From assembly GCA_046050825.1 (NCBI GenBank), contig JBJOPJ010000001.1:1-46484 (forward strand): a stretch of DNA of 46,484 bases, in the 5' to 3' direction. Below, in pieces: positions 38,586-46,484 of this stretch (position 1 is the first letter of the stretch; each line of letters starts with the position of its first letter). The position numbers and the translations under genes are program-made. Below the pieces are notes generated by a model that was not told where the DNA came from, searched no databases, and saw only the letters and a list, made by a program, of their open reading frames with translations. Origin of the DNA: Pseudomonadota bacterium (GTDB lineage: Bacteria > Pseudomonadota > Alphaproteobacteria > Sphingomonadales > Sphingomonadaceae).

Positions 38586-40295
38586 TCAGTTCTGGCGCTG
38601 CCACACGGTTCGCCCTTCCTTGACCGTTTCCAGCACCTTGATCGCGCGAATCTGGTCGACCGGCGTGGTCAGCGGGTTCTTGTCCAGCACCACGAAGTCG
38701 GCCAGCAGGCCAACCTTGATCCGGCCCTTGCGGTTTTCCTCGAAGATTTGCCAGGCGGGACCGGCCGTCAGCATTTTCAGGCCTTCCCAGGCCGAGAGCC
38801 GCTGGTCGGCGCCGCTGATCACCCCGGTCTGCGAAGTGCGGGTCATGCTGCTCCACAGCTGGGTCATCGGATCGAGCGGGGTCACGGGTGCGTCCGAATG
38901 GTTCGAGGGGTGCAGCCCGGCTTTCAGCGCCGCCTGAAACGGGCTGATGAACGCAACCACGTCTGCCGGGAAGTTGCTGCGGTGAATATCCGCGAAGTAA
39001 TACGTGTGGTTGCTGAAATAGGCCGGCCCAACGCCGATCCGCTGGTACGCGGCCAGCTGGTCCGGGCGCTGGAACTGCGAATGGATCACCACCGGGCGGG
39101 CATCGTCCTTGGCCGTGATCCCGGCCGCGTCAAAGCCCTTGATCGCCATGTCGATCGCCGCATCGCCATTGGCATGGACGAACAGTTGCCAACCCCGGGC
39201 ATGGGCGCGCGCGGCATCGGTATTGAACTGTTCTTGCGTCATGTTCGACGTGCCGTGCCACGGGTGGTGTCCATCGGGCGCGCCATTGGCGTAATCGTGC
39301 GTGAAATAGGCCGTGCGGGCCTGGGGCGAGCCATCGAGGACGAACTTGATCCCCTCCAGCTTGACGTGGCCCTGATACGTGCCGAACTTCACGCTATCGC
39401 GCTGGATCAGCGTGTCGAGGTTCTGGCTGGTGGGCAGCACCGCCAGATCAAGTTTCAGATGCGCCTGCGCCGGTGCGCTTAGGAAGAAGTCTACATCGGG
39501 CAGGTTCGCAGCCCCGTCCTGTGCATGGGTGAAGCCGTTGCGGGCATATTTGCGCTGCGCCGCATCCAGCGCGGCGAGGCGCTGTTCAGGGCTAAGCTGC
39601 GGCACCTTCATGTACACCGGGTAAGCGGCATTTTCGAAAAACACCCCGTTCGGCTTGCCCGCTGCATCGCGCAGGGTCACCCCGCCGGCGGGGTTGGGCG
39701 TGTTGTCGGTGATCCCGGCCAGGGCCATCGCGGCGCTGTTTACGGCCAGTCCGTGGCCGGTGAAATGGATCAGCACCACGTTGTAGCCGGGCAGCGCCGC
39801 GTCCAGCTCGGCGCGGGTTACGTGGCGCTGTTCGGCCAGCTTTCGTTCGTCGTACTGCCAAGCGATCACCCAACCGCCCGGTGCGATATGGCGGGCCTCG
39901 ATCCCGGCGCGGAGCGCGGCCATCAGGCTGGGGATGTCGTGGACCCCGTATTCCGGGTCTTGCAGGTCGATCCCACTGGCAACCTGCATCGCCATGACGA
40001 AGTGGGAATGGGCATCGACAAAGCCGGGCAGCATGGTTGCCCCATGCAGGTCGCGGTCGGCCGCTTGCTTGCCCGCGAGCTTGCGGGCCTTTGCTTCGGT
40101 TCCGGCATAAACGATCATGCCGCCGCGTTCGACCACCGCCTGAACGGTGCGCGGGCGGGGGCTATTCATCGTCAGGATTGGTCCGCCATGCCATAGCGTG
40201 GCCGCGGGCGAACCGGGCGCCTCATCGGCTGCAGCGATCGCCGGCAGGCACAGCGACAGCAGCATCGCGGCGGGAAACGCCTTCATCTTCAGCAT
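38586..40295 (-). CDS. Exported metal-dependent amidohydrolase (Amidohydro_3 / YtcJ-like)
   Basis: Signal peptide, PGFVDAHSH, KFVLDGS, HANGDAA, IHSQ, HSDAPV, GLLADFVVLD. Confidence 0.9.
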   Translation of the reverse strand: MLKMKAFPAAMLLSLCLPAIAAADEAPGSPAATLWHGGPILTMNSPRPRTVQAVVERGGMIVYAGTEAKARKLAGKQAADRDLHGATMLPGFVDAHSHFVMAMQVASGIDLQDPEYGVHDIPSLMAALRAGIEARHIAPGGWVIAWQYDERKLAEQRHVTRAELDAALPGYNVVLIHFTGHGLAVNSAAMALAGITDNTPNPAGGVTLRDAAGKPNGVFFENAAYPVYMKVPQLSPEQRLAALDAAQRKYARNGFTHAQDGAANLPDVDFFLSAPAQAHLKLDLAVLPTSQNLDTLIQRDSVKFGTYQGHVKLEGIKFVLDGSPQARTAYFTHDYANGAPDGHHPWHGTSNMTQEQFNTDAARAHARGWQLFVHANGDAAIDMAIKGFDAAGITAKDDARPVVIHSQFQRPDQLAAYQRIGVGPAYFSNHTYYFADIHRSNFPADVVAFISPFQAALKAGLHPSNHSDAPVTPLDPMTQLWSSMTRTSQTGVISGADQRLSAWEGLKMLTAGPAWQIFEENRKGRIKVGLLADFVVLDKNPLTTPVDQIRAIKVLETVKEGRTVWQRQN

Positions 40296-40438
40296 TTCAG
40301 ATCACTCTCCTCTTCCCGGCAACAGTGCAGTGGCGAGGTCCAATATGCAAGGCGTCGCCAAGCGTGCGTCCAAGCTTTTGCTTCAATGGGGTCCGTGGCG
40401 GCGGCCAGTCTGGTCGCAACTTGCCTGCGTTTGCCGCT

Positions 40439-41326
40439 TTAATTGCAGTTCCGTTCGAGCAGTCCGATCACGGCTTCGGCCAATGGATCCGCAACCTCCG
40501 CAAGCGTTACTGCCGTTAGCACCAGTGGCCGAACCTCGCCGTGAATTTCCCGCGAGACCAGGCCTCCATCCAGGCAGGCCGCTAATGCCGCCGAGCGCGG
40601 TACCATGGTTACGACCGTGCCGCTTTTCGCCAGTTGGATACACGCATTTTGGCTCGACAAGCGAAAGCGGGGAAACCCGGCGCGTCGCAGCGTTTCGCGG
40701 CGGGTCGGATCAAGATTGGCCACAAAGCCGGGATCGAACCCTGCGATCGCCCAGTCATGTTGCAACAAGGCTGCAAAATCACGCTCGGTCGCGGCGGGAT
40801 GCCCCTTCGCGCAGAGCAAGTGGTAAGGTTCGCTCACAATCCGTCTGATCTTGAGATCGCGCCGAACGGCGAAGGCGGCCACCGAATCCTCATGATACAG
40901 CAACAGTTGCGCGCGGCGTTGCAGCAGCCTTTCAACCGCCAGATCGGGTGGCAATGTTTCAGCCTCGACTGTTGCGCCGGGGTGGTCCCGATCCAAGGCT
41001 AGCAATGCGCCCGGGATGAAGCAGTCGATCACGGCCGGGCCGCAGGCTATCGACAGTCGCCGGGCCGCGGCCAGGACACGGTCCTTGCCCTGGGCCGCAT
41101 GGGCCAGCAATTCCGGCGCCAGTTCGGCCAGACGGCGCCCCGCAGCGGTGGGCATGACCGAGCGGGTGGTGCGTTCGAACAGCCGAACACCCCACAGCTC
41201 TTCAAGCGTGGAGATGCTCTTGGTCATGGCCGAATGGGTCATGCCCAATTCTTCCGCAGCCCGCGAAAAGCTGCCGCGCCGATAAACGGCTTCAAACCGC
41301 CGGATCAGCGTAAGATCGAATGACAT
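40439..41326 (-). CDS. LysR family transcriptional regulator
   Basis: GSFSRAAEELGMTHSAMTKSISTLEELWGVRLFERTTRSV; start ATG 41326. Confidence 0.92.
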   Translation of the reverse strand: MSFDLTLIRRFEAVYRRGSFSRAAEELGMTHSAMTKSISTLEELWGVRLFERTTRSVMPTAAGRRLAELAPELLAHAAQGKDRVLAAARRLSIACGPAVIDCFIPGALLALDRDHPGATVEAETLPPDLAVERLLQRRAQLLLYHEDSVAAFAVRRDLKIRRIVSEPYHLLCAKGHPAATERDFAALLQHDWAIAGFDPGFVANLDPTRRETLRRAGFPRFRLSSQNACIQLAKSGTVVTMVPRSAALAACLDGGLVSREIHGEVRPLVLTAVTLAEVADPLAEAVIGLLERNCN

Positions 41327-41415
41327 GTTCCAATTGGTATCAAATTCACGACATCTATTCAATTGATGGACAGTATGTGCTGCGTTACCCTGCCGCTGAA
41401 AACGAGGGTATCGGC

Positions 41416-42354
41416 ATGAGTGCGGCACAACTGATCCACGCCAATATCACGCTATTTTCAGCGTTGGCGTTTCTTGCGCTGATCGTGGTGGAACAGATCG
41501 CGATCCGGGTATTCCGCCGCAAGGGAACAACCCCGTGGCAAGACAGTTTCATGAGCATCGCGCTGGGTTACCTGAGCGAGCCGGCCAATGCGCTGAGCGC
41601 GTTCATCACCCTTGGGATCCTGGCCGCGGTAGAGCCGTTCCGCCTGGCGACCGTGCCGGTTACATGGCTGACTTTTGGGCTGTGTTTCGTGCTCGATGAT
41701 TTGCGCTTTTATGTTCATCACCGCCTTGCCCACCGCGTGCGCTGGGTATGGGCGATGCACGTGGTTCACCATTCGAGCACCAACTACAACCTGCCGATCG
41801 CTCTGCGCCAATCGTGGACCAAGCATTTCACCGGTACGATGCTCCTGAAAATTCCGCTGGTGCTGGCCGGGTTCGACCCGGTGATGGTCACGTTTTGCGG
41901 CATTCTTAATGCCACGTACCAGTTCTTCCTGCATACGGAGACGGTTGACCGAATGCCCCGCTGGTTTGAGGCGATTTTCAACACGCCGTCACATCACCGC
42001 GTGCACCATGGCAACAACCCGCGCTATCTGGATGCCAACTATGCCGGCACACTGATCGTGTGGGACAAACTGTTCGGCAGCTTTGAGCCAGAGCGCGCCG
42101 ATGACCCACCCTGCTATGGGCTGGTCAAACACCTCGATACGCTTAATCCCGTTACGGTGCTGACCCACGAATATATCGGGATTGCCCGCGACGTTGCCCA
42201 ACCCGGCCTGCGCCTGCGCCACAGGTTGGCCTATATTTTTGCCCCACCGGGATGGAGCCACGACGGATCGCGGCAAGACACGGCAACGCTCCGACACGCG
42301 GCCGGTTTTGCTGGCCGCGGGCGCGCATCACCGCTGCCTGACCGGGCGGCCTAG
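41416..42354 (+). CDS. Sterol desaturase / fatty acid hydroxylase family protein, alkylglycerol monooxygenase-like
   Basis: His boxes HHRLAH, HVVHH, FFLH, HHRVHH; ALRQS, YLDANYAGTLIVWDKLFGSF, PPGW. Confidence 0.88.
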   Translation: MSAAQLIHANITLFSALAFLALIVVEQIAIRVFRRKGTTPWQDSFMSIALGYLSEPANALSAFITLGILAAVEPFRLATVPVTWLTFGLCFVLDDLRFYVHHRLAHRVRWVWAMHVVHHSSTNYNLPIALRQSWTKHFTGTMLLKIPLVLAGFDPVMVTFCGILNATYQFFLHTETVDRMPRWFEAIFNTPSHHRVHHGNNPRYLDANYAGTLIVWDKLFGSFEPERADDPPCYGLVKHLDTLNPVTVLTHEYIGIARDVAQPGLRLRHRLAYIFAPPGWSHDGSRQDTATLRHAAGFAGRGRASPLPDRAA

Positions 42355-42356
42355 CC

Positions 42357-42956
42357 ATGCTTCCTGCGCTGCCCGGCCATTATGCGTTGAGCGAGTTGTT
42401 TGTTGCTGCAGCCGGACTGACCGGCGCCTGGCGGCTGCATCAGAAAAGCCCCTTGGCAGCAGTGGGGCTGCTGCCGTTCGGACTGGCCGGACTGGTTGGC
42501 GCGGTCCAGATCGCGGGTGATCTGGGCGGTCTGGTGATTGCCCTGCACCAGTTGCTGTCCCGCGCTGGCGCCGTTTTTGGACTGACCTGCATGGTTTGCG
42601 CCTTACGGCAGCAGAGCCTGAGTAACACGCTGGTCATCAGTGTTATGCTGGCCGTCACCAGTGTGGCTTGGCCCGGCTTGGTCGTCCCCGTTTCCGCCTT
42701 GCTGTTGATTGCGGGAACGGCGCTGACGCTTGGTCTGGGTCAGGGCCGTGCTTATGCCAGCGCCGCCGGATTTTTCCTGCTGCTGCCGGCCCAATTGATC
42801 GCCGCCGCCCTGCGCCCCGCACATCCTGCCATCGCTTGGCACTTGTTCCATGGGCTTGTCGGAATTTGGTTGTTCATCGCCGCACGCGCATTTCTAAAAA
42901 ATGCCATCACGGAAGGTCAGCGCGCGCTGCCATCCACCGCCAACCGGATTGTCTGA
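42357..42956 (+). CDS. Uncharacterised polytopic membrane protein
   Basis: About 6-7 hydrophobic helices with intramembrane His residues (HYALSE, LHQ, AWHLFH); starts 2 bp after the desaturase. Confidence 0.7.
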   Translation: MLPALPGHYALSELFVAAAGLTGAWRLHQKSPLAAVGLLPFGLAGLVGAVQIAGDLGGLVIALHQLLSRAGAVFGLTCMVCALRQQSLSNTLVISVMLAVTSVAWPGLVVPVSALLLIAGTALTLGLGQGRAYASAAGFFLLLPAQLIAAALRPAHPAIAWHLFHGLVGIWLFIAARAFLKNAITEGQRALPSTANRIV

Positions 42957-43197
42957 CGCATTGCGGGTATAAGGCATCAGCTTTGCCTCACGGCGCTGTC
43001 AGCCTAATCGCGACAAGGCTCCGTCCGGCGCAGCGTGGGCCGGCAGCCGCGACGTGCCCTTAGGGCCATATAGAGGCGGGTGCGCGATGGGGTTAATGCC
43101 GCGCATGGTCGCGCTGGAAGTTGTCGGAGGCATGGTGCAAGCAAATCTTCCCCGCAGGCCGGTGCTGGCCGCGTTTTCCACCCGATAAGCAACGACC

Positions 43198-44730
43198 ATG
43201 GCGCGCGTCATCACGCTCATTCTGGGGGACCAGCTCAGCCCGAAAATAGCCGCGCTGCGCGGCTGCGATCCGGCCGAAACGGTGGTTCTGCTGGCCGAAG
43301 TCGGCGCCGAAGCCAGCTATGTGGGGCACCACCAGAAGAAGATCGCGTTCATCTTTGCCGCGATGCGCCACTTTGCCGACGAGCTGCGGAGCGCGGGGTG
43401 GGCGGTGGATTATGTGCAGCTCGATGATCCCGACAACACTGGGACCTTGGGCGGGGAAGTGCAGCGGGCCGTGCGGCGCCACGGCGCCAGCATGGTGCGC
43501 GTGACCGAGCCGGGTGAATGGCGGGTTCTTGCCGATATGCAGGGCTGGGCGCCGACGCCCAGCATTGTCGAGGATGATCGCTTCATTTGCAGCCACGCCG
43601 ACTTTCGCGCGTGGGCGGCGGACCGCAAGACGCTGCGGATGGAATATTTCTACCGCATGATGCGCCGCAAGACCGGGCTGCTGATGGACGGCGACCAGCC
43701 GGCTGGCGGGCAGTGGAATTTCGATCATGACAACCGCAAGCCCGCTGCGGCCGATATGTTCATGCCCCGCCCGCTTCGCTTTGCGCCTGATGCCACCACG
43801 GCGGCGGTGCTGCGGTTGGTGGCAGAACGCTTTGCAACGAACTTTGGCACGCTTGAACCATTCTGGCTGCCGGTGACCCGGGCCGATGTCGAGCAGGCGG
43901 CACAGGCCTTTATCAGCACCGCGCTGCCCCGCTTTGGGGATTATCAGGATGCGCTGCTGACCGGGGAAAAGTTTCTGTTCCACAGCGTGCTGGCGCCGAT
44001 GGTGAATGTCGGCCTGCTTGATCCCTTGGCGCTCTGCCGGATGGCCGAAGCGGCTTACCGGCGCGGCGATGCCCCGCTCAATTCGGTCGAAGGGTTTATT
44101 CGCCAGATCATTGGCTGGCGCGAGTATGTGCGCGGCATTTATTGGCGCGAAGGGCCGGATTACGTGCGGCGCAACGCCTTGGGTGCGCAGCGGCCGCTTC
44201 CGGCAATGTATTGGACCGGGCGCACCGAGATGGCCTGCATGGCGGCGGCGATAGGCCAAACTCGCGAGGAGGCCTATGCCCATCATATCCAGCGCCTGAT
44301 GGTAACCGGCAATTTCGCCCTGTTGGCCGGGGTCGATCCCCATGCCCTGCACGAATGGTATCTGGCGGTTTACGCCGATGCGTTCGAATGGGTCGAGGCG
44401 CCCAATACCATTGGCATGAGCCAGTTTGCCGACGGCGGGCTGCTGGGGTCCAAGCCCTATGCGGCCAGCGGCGCCTATATCGATCGCATGTCGGACCACT
44501 GCCGCACGTGCCGTTACGCGGTGAAGCAGAAGACCGGCCCCACGGCGTGCCCGCTTAATGCCCTGTACTGGGATTTTCTGGCCCGGCATCGCGCGCGCTT
44601 TGAGCGTAATCCTCGGATGGCGCAGATGTATCGGACCTGGGATCGGATCGAGCCGGATCGCCAAGCCGAATTGCGGACCCAGGCCGCCGGCTTTCTGGAT
44701 CATCTGGACCAGCACGGAACCGATTTATGA
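43198..44730 (+). CDS. Fe-S bacterial cryptochrome / (6-4) photolyase (FeS-BCP class, Agrobacterium PhrB / Rhodobacter CryB type)
   Basis: LILGDQL, HHQKKI, WNFDHDNR, RQIIGWREY, YAHHIQRLM, KPYAASGAYI; four Cys (MACM, CRTC, ACP). Confidence 0.93.
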   Translation: MARVITLILGDQLSPKIAALRGCDPAETVVLLAEVGAEASYVGHHQKKIAFIFAAMRHFADELRSAGWAVDYVQLDDPDNTGTLGGEVQRAVRRHGASMVRVTEPGEWRVLADMQGWAPTPSIVEDDRFICSHADFRAWAADRKTLRMEYFYRMMRRKTGLLMDGDQPAGGQWNFDHDNRKPAAADMFMPRPLRFAPDATTAAVLRLVAERFATNFGTLEPFWLPVTRADVEQAAQAFISTALPRFGDYQDALLTGEKFLFHSVLAPMVNVGLLDPLALCRMAEAAYRRGDAPLNSVEGFIRQIIGWREYVRGIYWREGPDYVRRNALGAQRPLPAMYWTGRTEMACMAAAIGQTREEAYAHHIQRLMVTGNFALLAGVDPHALHEWYLAVYADAFEWVEAPNTIGMSQFADGGLLGSKPYAASGAYIDRMSDHCRTCRYAVKQKTGPTACPLNALYWDFLARHRARFERNPRMAQMYRTWDRIEPDRQAELRTQAAGFLDHLDQHGTDL

Positions 44731-45473
44731 CTGCGCTTTCGCTGGCCAGTTTTGCTGCGGGTTATCGCGCACTGGTGTTCGGCAGTACCGGCGGGATTGG
44801 TGCTGCGCTGACCCGGGCGCTGGCGGCAGATCCGCGCTGCGCGCAAGTTTATGCCGCTGCGCGCCACCCCGCGGCGGCCCGGCGCGGGGTGACCCCACTG
44901 GCGTTTTCGCTGGAAGACGAAGCCAGCATCGCAGCGGCCGTGGCTGGCGCCGCGGCAGACGGGCCGATCGATCTGGTAGTCGTGGCAACCGGGGTGCTGC
45001 ATGCCGCAGCACTGCAGCCGGAAAAGTCGTGGCGGGCGATTGATGCCACCGCGTTTGAGCAGGCCTTGCGGATCAACACGATTGGCCCCGCGCTGATCGC
45101 CAAACACGCCTTGGCGCACTTGCCCCGCGATCGGAAAGCCGCGTTTGCGGTGCTTTCTGCGCGGGTCGGCTCGATCAGCGATAACCGCCTTGGGGGATGG
45201 CACGCCTATCGCGCGTCGAAGGCTGCGCTTAATATGCTGGTGCGGACTTGGGCGATCGAATTGGCTCTGCGTCATCCGCAAGCCGTGTGCGTGGCGCTGC
45301 ATCCCGGAACGGTCGCCACGGGCCTATCGGCACCGTTTCAGCGCCACATACCGGCCGGGCAATTGCTGTCTCCCGAGCAGAGCGCGGCAGCGCTACTAGG
45401 TGTGATGGAGCGATTGAATGCGGAAGATTCGGGCAAGCTGTTTGCGTGGGACGGGACCGAAATTCCATTCTAG
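44727..45473 (+). CDS. Short-chain dehydrogenase/reductase, CsgA (C-factor)-like
   Basis: GSTGGIG, SARVGSISDNRLGGWHAYRASKAALN, LHPGTV; ATGA overlap with the photolyase. Confidence 0.9.
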   Translation: MTALSLASFAAGYRALVFGSTGGIGAALTRALAADPRCAQVYAAARHPAAARRGVTPLAFSLEDEASIAAAVAGAAADGPIDLVVVATGVLHAAALQPEKSWRAIDATAFEQALRINTIGPALIAKHALAHLPRDRKAAFAVLSARVGSISDNRLGGWHAYRASKAALNMLVRTWAIELALRHPQAVCVALHPGTVATGLSAPFQRHIPAGQLLSPEQSAAALLGVMERLNAEDSGKLFAWDGTEIPF

Positions 45474-46423
45474 GCGGCGCGTTCCTGCGCGGTTTCAAGG
45501 ATGCGGCGGGCCAGGTGTTGTCCAGATAGCCACGCGCATTCCACCCGCGGACCCAGCAGCCAATCGCCGCACACGCCCAATCCCAGTTCGGCGTTCCAGA
45601 GCGAGCCCAGTCCCAGACCAGCGCTCATCGCATAGCGCCAGCGGTGAGCGCTGGCCATGATCGGGGTGGGGATCGCAGCACCCAGCGTATCGGCCAGTTC
45701 GCGCAGCAAGTGGGTGCAGACCTGTTCGGGATCGTCCTCGAGATGGGCTGTGGACCATTCGGGCCGAGCCTGCACCACCCAGCCTTCGATGGCGCCCCGG
45801 CCGGGCTTGGCAGTGTTGCGCGCAGCCCAGCCTAGCGCGCCCCGATCCCGGATCATCGCGTGATCGCCGGGCAGGGGCTGGGCAAACGTGAACATTGCGG
45901 TCCAGCACGGCTGAGATCGGGCCAGCATCGCTTCGCGGGCCATCAGGAAATCGTGCAGCGATACGAACGGCAAGGCTTGTTCGGCCGGGACGGCGATCAG
46001 CACCGCATCAAACCCTTCGAACTGCGCGTCTCCGGCGCTTACCAGCCAGTGGCCGCCGCACCGTTCGATCCTGTCGACATGGACGCCCCAACGCACGTCC
46101 CGATCGTTCGCCATGTCTTTGATGACGGCGTTCATGCTTGGCGTGCCAACCCAGGCATCGGGTGCCGGCAAGGGCCAGCTGGCGACCACCCCGCGCTGCG
46201 CCCAGCCTGCCACTTGCGCCCGAAAGCCGGGATCGCGCGCGGTAAAATATTGCGCCCCGTGATCGAAGCTGGCTTCGCCCAGCGGCGTGTCGATCCGTCG
46301 GGTAGACATGCGCCCGCCGGGGCCGCGGGCCTTGTCCAGCAGGATGACTTCATGGCCAATGTCGGCCAAGGCTGCGGCGCAGGAGAGCCCGGCCATTCCG
46401 GCGCCAACGATCGCAAATTTCAT
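45470..46423 (-). CDS. Renalase-like FAD/NAD(P)-dependent oxidoreductase
   Basis: GAGMAG, DKARGPGGRMSTRR, FDHGAQYFT, HRWRYA, CGDW, VECAWLSG. Confidence 0.9.
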   Translation of the reverse strand: MKFAIVGAGMAGLSCAAALADIGHEVILLDKARGPGGRMSTRRIDTPLGEASFDHGAQYFTARDPGFRAQVAGWAQRGVVASWPLPAPDAWVGTPSMNAVIKDMANDRDVRWGVHVDRIERCGGHWLVSAGDAQFEGFDAVLIAVPAEQALPFVSLHDFLMAREAMLARSQPCWTAMFTFAQPLPGDHAMIRDRGALGWAARNTAKPGRGAIEGWVVQARPEWSTAHLEDDPEQVCTHLLRELADTLGAAIPTPIMASAHRWRYAMSAGLGLGSLWNAELGLGVCGDWLLGPRVECAWLSGQHLARRILETAQERAA

Positions 46424-46484
46424 AGCGGTCTGCTCGCCTTTCTAACACAAACGGGGAACTGCAACGCAAGGCGGCAGATCGGAA

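Overview
High-GC alphaproteobacterial chromosome segment. Gene content and style suggest a sphingomonad (Novosphingobium-like), which is an inference. In order: the 3' part of thrS, a TauE/SafE exporter, an unannotated 35-aa ORF behind a CtrA-like box, an acyl-CoA metabolism block containing an MFS gene remnant, a divergent MucR paralogue facing a response regulator-lipoprotein-multi-TM histidine kinase operon, a DEAD-box helicase with a Gly-X-Y tail, tamA-tamB plus a small lipoprotein, and a stand-alone HerA/FtsK-type ATPase. Next is a ~12 kb TetR-associated locus combining a TonB-dependent receptor, an aromatic-acid MFS, an NAD-type shikimate dehydrogenase and QuiC with four exported proteins (two esterases, a lactonase/arylesterase-like propeller, DUF3237). 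A shared 18-bp operator-like motif ties this locus together, and it is the best candidate for an undescribed system (shikimate/quinate-ester utilisation). The window ends with fadH/crotonase/TetR, tRNA-Leu(CAG), a small islet (amidohydrolase, LysR, AGMO-like desaturase, membrane protein) and a (6-4) photolyase/SDR/renalase-like cluster. No CRISPR array, rRNA, integrase or transposase was seen. All family calls come from motif recognition by eye; no database search was run.
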